Assembly (NCBI GenBank): GCA_041687435.1
Contig: JAWLBX010000004.1
Coordinates: 52,341 to 116,340 of the forward strand
DNA from: Alphaproteobacteria bacterium
GTDB taxonomy: Bacteria > Pseudomonadota > Alphaproteobacteria > Bin95
Direction: 5' to 3'
Length of the DNA stretch: 64,000 nt
Of this stretch, positions 51,201 through 60,790 are shown piece after piece. Position numbers and translations under genes: made by a program. The notes under the pieces are model-generated. The model was not told where the DNA came from. It ran no database searches and saw only the letters and a program-made list of their open reading frames with translations. Each line of letters starts with the position of its first letter. The first letter of the stretch is position 1.

Positions 51201-51656
51201 ATGAGCGGCCTGTACTATGAAGAGTTCGAAATCGGCCAGGTGTTCGACCATGCCCTGACCCGCACGGTGACGGAGATGGACAATGTCATGTTCTGCGCCA
51301 TGACCCACAATCCGCAACCGTTGCACCTGGACGAGGAATTCGGCAAGCAGACCGAATTCGGCGCCCGCATCGTCAACTCGCTGTTCACGCTGGGCCTGGT
51401 GATCGGCGTGTCGGTGCAGGATACGACGCTGGGCACCACGGTCGCCAATTTGGGCATGACCGATGTTGCCTTCCGCAAGCCGGTGCTGCATGGCGACACC
51501 GTCCGCAGCCAGACCACCGTCATCGACAAGCGCGAGAGCAAGTCCCGGCCCGATGCCGGTATCGTCGTATTCGAACACCGCGGCTTCAACCAGCGCGGCG
51601 AGGAAGTCGCCTATTGCAAGCGTTCCGGCCTGATGCACAAGCGGCCGAAGGCGTAA
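51201..51656 (+). CDS. MaoC-family dehydratase
   Basis: [32 protein letters not shown]. Confidence 0.9.
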   Translation: MSGLYYEEFEIGQVFDHALTRTVTEMDNVMFCAMTHNPQPLHLDEEFGKQTEFGARIVNSLFTLGLVIGVSVQDTTLGTTVANLGMTDVAFRKPVLHGDTVRSQTTVIDKRESKSRPDAGIVVFEHRGFNQRGEEVAYCKRSGLMHKRPKA

Positions 51657-51665
51657 TGCCTGCTG

Positions 51666-51709
51666 CCCGGGCGGTGCCCTCGGTCTGGGACCGGAACGCC
51701 GCCCGGGCG
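51666..51709. terminator. Hairpin between convergent genes
   Basis: GCCCGGGCGG...CCGCCCGGGC inverted repeat. Confidence 0.45.
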
Positions 51710-51722
51710 TATTGGGAAGCCT

Positions 51723-52661
51723 CTATCCCTCGAACGCTTTTTTCAGCGCAGCCGCCACATCCCGCTGCGCTTCCACCGCCACGTCCACGTCCGGGGCCAT
51801 GCCGAAGAAGCCGTGGATCATGCCGGGATAGCATTTGTACTCTACCGGTACCCCCGCTGCCTTCAACGCATCGCGGTAGCGCACGCCATCGTCGAACAGC
51901 ACGTCGCACTCGGCGGCCGTGATGACGGCAGGCGCGACGCCGGCCAGGTTCTTTGCCAGTAGGGGGGATGCGCGCCAGTCGTTGGCGTCGTCCGGGCCGT
52001 TCAGATAGTGTTCCTGGAACCAAACCATCGCCTTGTCGGTCAGAACGCCATAGCCCTCGCCATAGGTTTTGTAGCTCTCGCCTACCAGCCGATAGTCGCC
52101 GACGGGATAGACCAGGGACTGCAAGGCCAGTTTCGGGGCGCCGGCATCGCGGGCCATCAGGGCGACCACGCCGGCAAGGTTGCCGCCGGCGCTGTCGCCG
52201 CCCACTGCCAGTCGGTTCGGATCGACGCCCAGGCTCGCAGCGTTCTCTGCGGTCCAAAGCAGGGCGGCCCAGCTATCCTCCACGGCGGCAGGGAATCTGT
52301 GCTCCGGCCCCATGCGGTAATCGACCGAAACAACAACGCAACCTGCGCCTTCACACAGGTTGCGGGCCACCTTGTCGTGCGTGTCCAGGCTGCCGATAAC
52401 ATGGCCGCCGCCGTGGAAATAGACCAGCGCACCGCGGGTGCCGTCTGCATGCGGCCAGTAGATGCGTACCGGGATTTCTCCGGCCGGGCCGGGAATCGTC
52501 CGGTTTTCCATCTGACGCACCGGGGTGGGTTCCCCGCCGCGCGCGGCGTTCATGGCGGCCATCTGTTCTCGCGCAGCGGGCGCGTCCAGCGTGTGCAATG
52601 GTGGCAGATTGGCCTTGGCGAGCGCTTCCAGCCCTTTCACAATTTGAGGATGCAATGCCAT
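51723..52661 (-). CDS. Esterase, hormone-sensitive lipase (family IV) type
   Basis: YFHGGG, GDSAGG, D..., HGF. Confidence 0.93.
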   Translation of the reverse strand: MALHPQIVKGLEALAKANLPPLHTLDAPAAREQMAAMNAARGGEPTPVRQMENRTIPGPAGEIPVRIYWPHADGTRGALVYFHGGGHVIGSLDTHDKVARNLCEGAGCVVVSVDYRMGPEHRFPAAVEDSWAALLWTAENAASLGVDPNRLAVGGDSAGGNLAGVVALMARDAGAPKLALQSLVYPVGDYRLVGESYKTYGEGYGVLTDKAMVWFQEHYLNGPDDANDWRASPLLAKNLAGVAPAVITAAECDVLFDDGVRYRDALKAAGVPVEYKCYPGMIHGFFGMAPDVDVAVEAQRDVAAALKKAFEG

Positions 52662-52906
52662 GATCCGGCGTTTCCTTCGCGTTCTTCGGAGCAGACCGCC
52701 GCAGGCGGCGTTCGGGATGGTTCAAACTGTCGAAGCCGGCGCATCGCTTGTCAATAAGCTGCCGGGCTGCGGAAAGCGACGGTTGCACGGCGGGGTGGGG
52801 CCGATATCCGATATACGTTGACAATCCCTGACATCCTTATGAATATATTTGTAAGCAAATATAACAAGGTCAGGGTATGGCCTGTTTATGGCAAATGGAG
52901 CAAGAA

Positions 52907-53683
52907 ATGGCAGTTGCACTGAATGCTGGCGTATGGGGACGGGCAGCGGCGGTTGCGGGGTTTGCCGCGCTTTCCGTGGCGATGACAGGCAATGCCAGTG
53001 CCGGGATGGTATTCGTCAGTCACGACGAATGGACGCTGAGCAACGGCGGTTTTGCGAATGCACCGGATACCGGCCAGTTCGTCACCAATCTGGTGGCAGA
53101 ATTCGGTACGACGATCCATGCCTACACAAGCAATTTCGGCCTCACGCAACCCGCACTCACGGGTGCCATGGCTTCGGCCGGCGCGACCTATACGACGGGC
53201 ACCGGCTTCGCGTTCAATCTGGCGAACATCAGCGCGTACGATGCGATTTTCCTCGGCGGATTCTCGCTCAATGCGGCGGAACTGGCGGACCTGAATACCT
53301 ATGTCGGCAATGGCGGCGGGGTTTACATCGCAGGCGGCACCGGCTCCCTCGGCAGCGCCGCTGCCGAGGCGGCAGCCTGGAACAGCTTTCTGGCGCCGTT
53401 TGGGGTGCAGATGGACCCAGTTTACAATGGCATAGGTGGGACGACGCCGGTTGCGGGCGACCCGATATTCAACGGTGTCTCCAGCCTGTATCAGAACAAC
53501 GGCAACGGCCTTTCCGGGGCCAGCGTGTTCTGTTGCGGTGCGGATGGACTGTATGCAATCAGCCGCTCAGCGCCGCCACAGCCGGTATCCGTCGCGCCGA
53601 CGCTTGCCCTGATGGGCGTGGCGCTGGCTGGCCTTGGCCTCCATGGCCGGCGGCGAGCGCATCCTCAGGCGCAGCACCTATAG
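52907..53683 (+). CDS. Secreted protein with a degenerate PEP-CTERM-like sorting tail
   Basis: Signal peptide (ASA); Gly/Asn/Thr-rich body; C-terminal PVSVAPT, TM helix, GRRR. Confidence 0.7.
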   Translation: MAVALNAGVWGRAAAVAGFAALSVAMTGNASAGMVFVSHDEWTLSNGGFANAPDTGQFVTNLVAEFGTTIHAYTSNFGLTQPALTGAMASAGATYTTGTGFAFNLANISAYDAIFLGGFSLNAAELADLNTYVGNGGGVYIAGGTGSLGSAAAEAAAWNSFLAPFGVQMDPVYNGIGGTTPVAGDPIFNGVSSLYQNNGNGLSGASVFCCGADGLYAISRSAPPQPVSVAPTLALMGVALAGLGLHGRRRAHPQAQHL

Positions 53684-54613
53684 GCCAGGCAGGTCCACCA
53701 CCAGCGCGGCGTGATCGGAGGCGTGCGGGCGGTGTTCGCCGACCGCCGCGAAACGCTTGCCTCGGTAGCGGGTGGCCTCCCGGTCGAGGCCGGCACGGAT
53801 GATTTGAGGTGCCGCATCGGGAAAGCGCTCGGCCAAGGCTGGCGAGGCAATCATCGCATCTGGTTTTGAATAAACGCCTGAGTGCGGCAGGTGAAAAGAC
53901 CAGCGGTCTTCCTGAGGCAGGCGCAGGGTCAAATCCACGCCGAAATCGTCGAGCAGCGGCATCGCCGCCCGTCCGCGCTGTGAATCCTCGCGCGCGGGCT
54001 CGTTCAGGTCGCCAACGACCAACCAGAGCCTGGCCGCGGGGTCAGCGAAGCGGCGCTCGATCAAACGTTTCACCGCCAGCGCCTCCAGCCGCCGCACTGG
54101 CCATGCGGCTGCCGCGTCCGGATAGGGCGCCTTGAAATGGCAGACGAAGAGGGTGAGCGTGCCGAGGTCTGCCTCCAGACAATCGCGGCGGAACACCCGG
54201 TCGTGCGGACTGCAGCCGGGAACGGTCGGCAGGCCCAGCGTCTCCGGCGTTTCTTCCGCATGGCTTGTGACAGCCGTCAGCGGCAGGCGGCTCAATATGG
54301 CAATGTCCAAGCCACGCCCGTCATTCCCTGGCGGACAATGGCGGTTGGGGTAGGGCGCGGCGCCGGTGGGCACCAGCACCCGGTCATGGAAATGATCCAG
54401 CGTTGCCTGATCGAATACCTCCTGCAGCGCCACCACATCGGCATTCGCGAGTTTCAGCACCTGCGCCGTCAAAACCCGGTCGATCGGGTCGAGCGCCACC
54501 GCTTCGGCGGTCGCATCCTCCGGCATGTCGCCGTCCCGTGCGCCGTCCAACCGTGGCGTGCCATGATCCCGGCGCAGGCGCAAATTCTGGACGTTGAAGG
54601 TGGCGATGCGCAT
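53678..54613 (-). CDS. Endonuclease/exonuclease/phosphatase family protein
   Basis: IATFNVQN, ALQEV, HFK, GDLN, ASDH. Confidence 0.9.
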   Translation of the reverse strand: MRIATFNVQNLRLRRDHGTPRLDGARDGDMPEDATAEAVALDPIDRVLTAQVLKLANADVVALQEVFDQATLDHFHDRVLVPTGAAPYPNRHCPPGNDGRGLDIAILSRLPLTAVTSHAEETPETLGLPTVPGCSPHDRVFRRDCLEADLGTLTLFVCHFKAPYPDAAAAWPVRRLEALAVKRLIERRFADPAARLWLVVGDLNEPAREDSQRGRAAMPLLDDFGVDLTLRLPQEDRWSFHLPHSGVYSKPDAMIASPALAERFPDAAPQIIRAGLDREATRYRGKRFAAVGEHRPHASDHAALVVDLPGL

Positions 54614-54808
54614 GGGGCTGGCCGTTCAGGCGGGTGGCAGTTGAGGATTGGCTGGCGCGAGAGCATCCATGCCGAGTGTGGTTCGGATGGCGGCTTGGCT
54701 TTGCATTCGGTACCTTGAACCCAGGCAGGCTATGATCGGGCTTGTGTTCGGTGCGACACCGCCGAATATGCGGAAAGCCGCCTGCGAAGGAAAGGGAGCC
54801 TGGGTGCG

Positions 54809-55579
54809 ATGAGGATCAATGCCGATTTTGACAAGCGGGTTGTTGTCCATGGCGATACGGTCGAATGGCTGCATTCGCCGGCCGCCGGGGTCGACCGCCG
54901 GCCGCTGGACCGGATCGGTGGGGAGGTGGCGCGGGCGACTACTATCGTCCGGTTTGCACCGAACAGCCGATTTGATGCGCATGTGCACGGCGGTGGTGAG
55001 GAGTTTCTGGTGCTGGAAGGGGTGTTCGAGGATGAATTCGGCGCATTCCCGGCCGGCTCCTACATCCGCAACCCGCCAACCTCGCGGCACACGCCCGGCT
55101 CCGGGCCGGGCTGTACCATCCTGATGAAGCTCTGGCAGATGCACCCGGACGACCGGGCCGAGGTGCGCATGGATACGGCCAAGGCGGAGGCGCATCAGCC
55201 GGAGGACCGTCCCGGCGTCACGGTCACGCCGCTGTTCGATGACGGGCGCGAGCAGGTGCGCATGGAATGCTGGGCGCCCGGTACAAAGGGCCGGATCGTG
55301 GCGGACGGTGGCGGTGAATTGTTCGTCGTCAAAGGGTCGGCCAGTGAATCGGGCACGGCGTTGCGGCCATTATCGTGGGTGCGGGTGCCGGTTGGCTCGG
55401 CGTTCGACGTGACCGCCGGGCCTGAGGGCGCGCGCTTCTGGATCAAGACCGGCCACTTGCGCGATGTACGCGCGCCGGCAGCAGCCTCGCCGATCCAGCT
55501 AAAGCAGCAGCAGGGCGGCCAGTCCCAGGAAAGCAAAGAAGCCGACCACATCCGTCACGGTGGTCAACAGCACGGATGA
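54809..55579 (+). CDS. ChrR-like tandem cupin protein
   Basis: MRINADF, RIGGEVARATTIV, HVHGGGEEFLVLEG, SRHTP, KLWQ, KTGHL. Confidence 0.85.
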   Translation: MRINADFDKRVVVHGDTVEWLHSPAAGVDRRPLDRIGGEVARATTIVRFAPNSRFDAHVHGGGEEFLVLEGVFEDEFGAFPAGSYIRNPPTSRHTPGSGPGCTILMKLWQMHPDDRAEVRMDTAKAEAHQPEDRPGVTVTPLFDDGREQVRMECWAPGTKGRIVADGGGELFVVKGSASESGTALRPLSWVRVPVGSAFDVTAGPEGARFWIKTGHLRDVRAPAAASPIQLKQQQGGQSQESKEADHIRHGGQQHG

Positions 55580-56902
55580 GGCGACGGCTGGGTCGATCTT
55601 GAAATGATCCAGCCCGACCGGGATGGCGACGCCGAAAAAGCCGGCAATCACCAGGTTCACGATCATGGCAACGCCAATGACGCCACCGAGCAACGCATCG
55701 CCAAACCACAGGCCGCTCAGCAGGCCGGCGATCAGGGCGAAGGCAACGCCGTTAATGCCGCCGACGATGACCTCCTTCCACATGATCCGCGCAGCGTTGC
55801 GGCGGGTGAGTTGGCGCATGGCGAGCGCCCGCACGGCGACTGTCAGTGTTTGGGTGCCGGCATTGCCGCCCATGCTGGCAACGATCGGCATCAGCACCGC
55901 CAGCGCAACGATCTGCTCGATCGTCGCCTCGAACATGGCGATGACGGTGGACGCCAGAATGGCGGTGCCCAAGTTGACCAGCAGCCACCGGAACCGGGCC
56001 TTGGTGGTGTCGATAGCGGCTTCGTAAAGGTCCCCCTCTTTGACGCCGCCCATTCGTAGCAAGTCATCCTCGTGCTCCTCGTCGATGACGTCGACGACGT
56101 CGTCGATGGTGACGACACCAAGCAGCCGACCATCCTCACCAACGACTGGCGCAGAGGTCAGGTTGCGTTGCCGGAATTGGTGGGCCAGGTCTTCCTGGTC
56201 CATGGTGACCGGAAACGGGTCGGTCACTGCCTGCATGATGTCGCTGATCAACACTGGCCGTTTGTTGCGCAGCACGCGGCTAAGCGCGATCTGGCCAATG
56301 GGCTGGTGGCGCGGATCGACGACAAAGATGTCGTAGAAATCGTCGGGCAGGTCGGAGGAGGCGCGCAGAAAATCGATTGTATCGCCGACGGTCCAGAAGC
56401 CCGGAATTGCCAACAGGTCGCGCTGCATCAGGCGGCCGGCGGTGTATTCCGGATAGGTCAGGCCCTGGCGCAGCAACACCTGATCCGCCTCCGGCAGGCG
56501 GCCCAGCAATTCCTCCCGCTGCCCAGGCTCCAGGTCGGCGACGACTTCCAGCGCGTCGTCGCTTTCCAGATCGGCCACTGCTGCGGCCAGGCGGTCCGGC
56601 TCCAGCGCCTCCAGAACCTCGTCGCGGACGGCGCCGTCCAGTTCCGGCAGCACCTCTGCGTCCAGGGTGTCGCCCAGCAATTGCACCAGTGCAATGCGGT
56701 CTTCGGAGGATAGCGCCTCGATCAGGTCCGCGACATCGGCCGGCGGCAGCGGCTCGACCAGTTCGCGCAGTTCTTCGGAGTTGCCGGCCTCCAGCAACTC
56801 CTCGATCTGGTCGATCCATTCGGCACTGAGAACGGGCGGCGGTGCGCCTTCTGTATCGTCGGCAGCGGGCGTTTTGGGGTCCAGTTCTTGCGTATCTGCC
56901 AT
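55499..56902 (-). CDS. mgtE: Magnesium transporter MgtE
   Basis: Acidic N-domain, CBS pair, GGNAGTQ, DPAVAS, TTVTDVVG. Confidence 0.97.
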   Translation of the reverse strand: MADTQELDPKTPAADDTEGAPPPVLSAEWIDQIEELLEAGNSEELRELVEPLPPADVADLIEALSSEDRIALVQLLGDTLDAEVLPELDGAVRDEVLEALEPDRLAAAVADLESDDALEVVADLEPGQREELLGRLPEADQVLLRQGLTYPEYTAGRLMQRDLLAIPGFWTVGDTIDFLRASSDLPDDFYDIFVVDPRHQPIGQIALSRVLRNKRPVLISDIMQAVTDPFPVTMDQEDLAHQFRQRNLTSAPVVGEDGRLLGVVTIDDVVDVIDEEHEDDLLRMGGVKEGDLYEAAIDTTKARFRWLLVNLGTAILASTVIAMFEATIEQIVALAVLMPIVASMGGNAGTQTLTVAVRALAMRQLTRRNAARIMWKEVIVGGINGVAFALIAGLLSGLWFGDALLGGVIGVAMIVNLVIAGFFGVAIPVGLDHFKIDPAVASSVLLTTVTDVVGFFAFLGLAALLLL

Positions 56903-57030
56903 ACACCGCTCCTCCGGGCCGGCAGGGCAGGCCCTGCGCCGTTCGTTTAGATGTGTTGCCTACGGTGGATACGCAACGCCCTGCGCAATGGACCGGTGGC
57001 CAAGCGCAGTGCCATCAACTCCCTGGGTGG

Positions 57031-57117
57031 TGGTGCGGTCGAGAAGACTCGAACTTCCACGGGATTTCTCCCACAGCGACCTCAACGCTGCGCGTCTACC
57101 AATTCCGCCACGACCGC
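57031..57117 (-). tRNA. tRNA-Leu(GAG)
   Basis: Minus strand GCGGTCG acceptor, CAGCG-TTGAGGT-CGCTG anticodon arm, long variable arm, TTCGAG T-loop, CCA. Confidence 0.95.
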
Positions 57118-57181
57118 TTATGTTTCCAGGATCAGGAAACCCAACCCCAGGGGCGCGGCCACCCAGCCGCGCGAACAAGGC

Positions 57182-57880
57182 ATGTCAAATATCAGAGCGT
57201 CTCACATCGATCAAGCATCTCTGCCTGCGGTGGAATGGACCATTGGTACCGGTTTGCAATCTTATCCCGAGGCCTTGGCGGCGATGGAGGCGCGTGTGGC
57301 GGCGATCCGTGAGGGCACGGCGCCGGAATGGGTCTGGCTGGTGGAGCATCCGCCGCTTTATACCGCCGGAACCAGCGCCAGGACGCCGGACCTGCTGACG
57401 CCGGACCGGTTCCCGGTGTTCGACGCAGGCCGGGGCGGCCAATACACCTATCACGGGCCGGGGCAGCGCGTGGCTTATGTCATGCTGGATTTGCGGGCGC
57501 GCAAGCTGGGAGTGCGTGATTATGTCTGCCGGCTGGAGGACTGGATCATCGTCACCCTGGCGCGCTTCGGCCTGAAGGGGGAGCGGCGCGACGGCCGCAT
57601 CGGCATCTGGGTGGACTGCGGGCCGGATGGCCTTGGCGGGCGGCGCGAGGACAAAATCGCCGCCATTGGCGTGCGGGTGCGCCGGTGGGTCAGCTATCAC
57701 GGCATCGCCATCAACGTGGAGCCGGATTTGGGCCATTTCGGCGGCATCGTTCCCTGTGGCATTGCCGAGCATGGAGTCACGTCACTGGTCGATTTGGGCT
57801 ATCCGGTAACGATGGATGATCTGGACGTCGCTTTGCGCCAAACATTCGCGGCAGTATTTGAGACAGGCCGAGAGGATTGA
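57182..57880 (+). CDS. lipB: Octanoyltransferase
   Basis: [38 protein letters not shown]. Confidence 0.97.
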   Translation: MSNIRASHIDQASLPAVEWTIGTGLQSYPEALAAMEARVAAIREGTAPEWVWLVEHPPLYTAGTSARTPDLLTPDRFPVFDAGRGGQYTYHGPGQRVAYVMLDLRARKLGVRDYVCRLEDWIIVTLARFGLKGERRDGRIGIWVDCGPDGLGGRREDKIAAIGVRVRRWVSYHGIAINVEPDLGHFGGIVPCGIAEHGVTSLVDLGYPVTMDDLDVALRQTFAAVFETGRED

Positions 57881-57957
57881 TCGTCCGGCCAATAATCTTG
57901 CCTTGGGGTGTTATCTGACACTAATATTGCAAGGTTCGCTATTGAGGGAGAAACAAA

Positions 57958-58110
57958 ATGATGAAGTCCGTTCTCTTTGCGGCGCTTGTAACCCTGTTTG
58001 GGATTGGCTCGGCAGCCGCCTGCAGCGGCGACATTGCCGGAAAGCAGTCGATCAAACCTTCCGAAACTTCCACAGTCGCAACTGTTTCAGTGCCGAGCGA
58101 CGGGAAGTAG
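57958..58110 (+). CDS. Small (50-aa) secreted protein or lipoprotein candidate, not in the ORF track
   Basis: GAGGGAG RBS; translates to MMKSVLFAALVTLFGIGSAAACSGDIAGKQSIKPSETSTVATVSVPSDGK*. Confidence 0.65.
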   Translation: MMKSVLFAALVTLFGIGSAAACSGDIAGKQSIKPSETSTVATVSVPSDGK

Positions 58111-58189
58111 GGCCGTCCCTTCGCCAAAGGCTGTTCGATTCCGTGGCGAAGCCGCTATGCTGCGCGGCCACGCAATGGAGGAGCAGCCA

Positions 58190-58987
58190 ATGGCTATCGA
58201 CCGCATGAAAGACAAAGTCGCCATCGTCACCGGGGCAGCGCCCCGGGGCGACGGCCTGGGAAATGGCATGGCCTGCGCGATGATGTTTGCGCAGGAAGGT
58301 GCCAAAGTCGTGCTCGTCAACCGCAAGCGCGAGAAGGCTGACGCCCTGGCCGAGAAAATCCGCAGCGATGGCGGCGAGGCGCACGTCATTACCTGTGACG
58401 TGACGCAGGAGGATCAGGTCGAAGCCATGGTTGCGGAGACCATGGACAAATATGGCCGGGTCGATGTGCTGCACAACAATGCCGGCATTGGCGGCGGCGG
58501 GCCGTTGGAGCAGACCGAACTTTCCAGTTGGCAGAAAGTGGTCGGGCTGAACATGACCGGCGTCATGCTCTGCTGCAAGGCAGCCGTGCCGGCAATGCGT
58601 GCCGGCGGCCGCGGCGGCTCGATTATCAACATCTCGTCGATTGCCGGTGCCACCGGGCTGCTGCGCGATTCCGGCGGAGCGATGGCCTATACCGCGACCA
58701 AGGCGGGCCTGCACGGCATCACCATGTCGATTGCCGCCGACTATGCCAAGGAGCAAATTCGCTGCAACACGCTGGTGGTTGGGTCCGTCTATACGCCGAT
58801 GGTGGCGCACCAGGGCGATGAAGCCCGCCAGCGCCGGGCGCAGATGGTGCCGCTGATGACAGAGGGGACAGCCTGGGATGTCGCCTACGCCGCCACCTTC
58901 CTCGCCAGCGAGGAATCGCGCTGGATCACCGGCATCGAACTGCCGGTCGATGGCGGCCTGCTTGCAACCCGGCAGTGGCCGGCCTGA
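58190..58987 (+). CDS. SDR-family oxidoreductase
   Basis: VAIVTGA..GLGNG, NNAG, NISS, YTATK, ITG...VDGG. Confidence 0.93.
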   Translation: MAIDRMKDKVAIVTGAAPRGDGLGNGMACAMMFAQEGAKVVLVNRKREKADALAEKIRSDGGEAHVITCDVTQEDQVEAMVAETMDKYGRVDVLHNNAGIGGGGPLEQTELSSWQKVVGLNMTGVMLCCKAAVPAMRAGGRGGSIINISSIAGATGLLRDSGGAMAYTATKAGLHGITMSIAADYAKEQIRCNTLVVGSVYTPMVAHQGDEARQRRAQMVPLMTEGTAWDVAYAATFLASEESRWITGIELPVDGGLLATRQWPA

Positions 58988-59044
58988 CTAGGAATGCCGA
59001 AAGGCGGTGTGTCTGGATGGACAGGCCGCCTTCCGGTAGCAGGG

Positions 59045-60679
59045 TCATGCCGCGGCTCGCGCGCCCGCTGCGGCATCGGCCAGCACCATCTCCGCGCATT
59101 TCTCGCCGATCATGATGCTGGGGGCGTTGGTGTTGCCGCTGGTCAGCGTCGGCATGATCGAGGCGTCGGCAACCCGCAGATTGGCGATGCCATGCACCCG
59201 CAGGTGATCATCAACCACTGCCATCGGGTCGGGGCCCATCTTGCAGGTGCCGACCGGGTGATAGGTCGTCTCCGCGAAGTTGCAGATCCATTGCACCAAG
59301 TCCTCGTCACTCTCGACATGCGCGCCGGGTGCGAGTTCCTGGCCAACCACATCGGCAAGCGGCGGGGTGGCGAACAGTTCGCGCGCCTTGCGGATGGCGG
59401 CGACGGTGCCCTGGCGGTCGTAGTCCGATGACATGAAGTTGAAGTTGATTGCCGGCGGCTGATGCGGATCGGCAGACTTGATGTGGATCGAGCCAACGCT
59501 TTCCGAGCGCAGCACGTTGATGTTGAGGGTTACGCCGCGTTGTTTGGCAATCTGCAAGTGGCCGTCCTTGTCCAACTCATAGAGGAAGGGTGTCATGGCG
59601 ATGGCGGCGTCCGGGCTCTCCAGTCCCTCGCGCGTTTTGAAATACATGCGGATTGGCGCGGCAGTCATGGCGAAAAAGCCCTGGCCGGTCAGCGCGTATT
59701 TCGCTGCCTCGCGCCAGAGCCGCCAGCCGCGACCGTTGTCGTTGAAGGTCGCGCCCTGCTCGGTGATGGAAAAGCGCACGCGGGGGCTGTAGTGGTCGCG
59801 CAGGTTTTCGCCGACGCCGCGCAATTCATGCACCGGCGTAATGCCTCTCTCCCGCAGCAGGTCGGACTGACCGATACCCGAAAGCTCCAGCAGTTTCGGC
59901 GAGTTGATGGAGCCGGTTGAGACGATGACCTCGCGGCCGGCACGGGCCTCGCGCGTCTCGCCATTGACGCTATAGCGGACACCGGCGCAGGTCTTGCCCT
60001 CCAGGATCAGGCTTTCCGCCATGGCACCGGATTCGATGGTGAGATTGGAGCGGCCGCGCGCCGGGTCTAGATAGCAATAGGCGGTGGACTGGCGCCGGCC
60101 CTTGTTGATCGTCACCTGGGTGATGCCGATGCCTTCCTGGTCGCCGCCGTTGTAGTCATTCGTGTGCGGGATGCCGATCTTCTCGGCGGATGCGATCATG
60201 CGGCGGTGCAAGGGCGAGATGTCGGTGGGCGTATCGGTGACGCGCAGCGGGCCGGAGCGGCCACGGAATTCGTCGTCGCCGCCGTCGTAGCTTTCCATCT
60301 TGCGGAAGGTTGGCAGCACGTCCTGATAGCTCCAGCCGCGATTGCCGAGCTGGGCCCAGTGGTCGTAATCCTGCGGCTGGCCGCGCACGAACACCATGCC
60401 GTTGATCGATGACGAGCCGCCGAGCATCTTGCCGCGTGGCACCGGAATGCGGCGGCCGCCGGAGCCCTCGTCGGGCTCGGAGGAATAGACCCAGTTGACT
60501 GCCGGATTGTCGATCAGCTTGGCCATGCCGATCGGCACTCGCGACCAGAAATAGTTCGAGCCCTCTGTCCCGGCCTCCAGGCACAGCACCGTATACTGGC
60601 CGCTGGCACTCAACCGGTTGGCCAGGACAGACCCGGCAGAGCCTGAGCCGACGACGATGTAATCGTAAGTGGCGGACAT
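59045..60679 (-). CDS. GMC-family oxidoreductase (choline/alcohol dehydrogenase-like)
   Basis: YDYIVVGSGSAG, PRGKMLGGSSSING, YHPVGTCKMG, GNTNAP. Confidence 0.93.
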   Translation of the reverse strand: MSATYDYIVVGSGSAGSVLANRLSASGQYTVLCLEAGTEGSNYFWSRVPIGMAKLIDNPAVNWVYSSEPDEGSGGRRIPVPRGKMLGGSSSINGMVFVRGQPQDYDHWAQLGNRGWSYQDVLPTFRKMESYDGGDDEFRGRSGPLRVTDTPTDISPLHRRMIASAEKIGIPHTNDYNGGDQEGIGITQVTINKGRRQSTAYCYLDPARGRSNLTIESGAMAESLILEGKTCAGVRYSVNGETREARAGREVIVSTGSINSPKLLELSGIGQSDLLRERGITPVHELRGVGENLRDHYSPRVRFSITEQGATFNDNGRGWRLWREAAKYALTGQGFFAMTAAPIRMYFKTREGLESPDAAIAMTPFLYELDKDGHLQIAKQRGVTLNINVLRSESVGSIHIKSADPHQPPAINFNFMSSDYDRQGTVAAIRKARELFATPPLADVVGQELAPGAHVESDEDLVQWICNFAETTYHPVGTCKMGPDPMAVVDDHLRVHGIANLRVADASIMPTLTSGNTNAPSIMIGEKCAEMVLADAAAGARAAA

Positions 60680-60790
60680 GTGCGCTTCCTCTGTTTCGTT
60701 CCTTGCTGGTCAGTGAGCCAGCGAACGGGGGGAAGGGCAAGGGGATAGGAGGCCCCGGCGCGCAATGATTCGGCGGCCGGGGAGGCGTGG

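Noticed and set aside
52878-52893. Sigma54-like TGG-N10-GC upstream of the PEP-CTERM-like gene
   Set aside because: The predicted TSS (about 52904) would fall downstream of the GGAG RBS, and the putative enhancer is only about 11 bp away, so it was not called.
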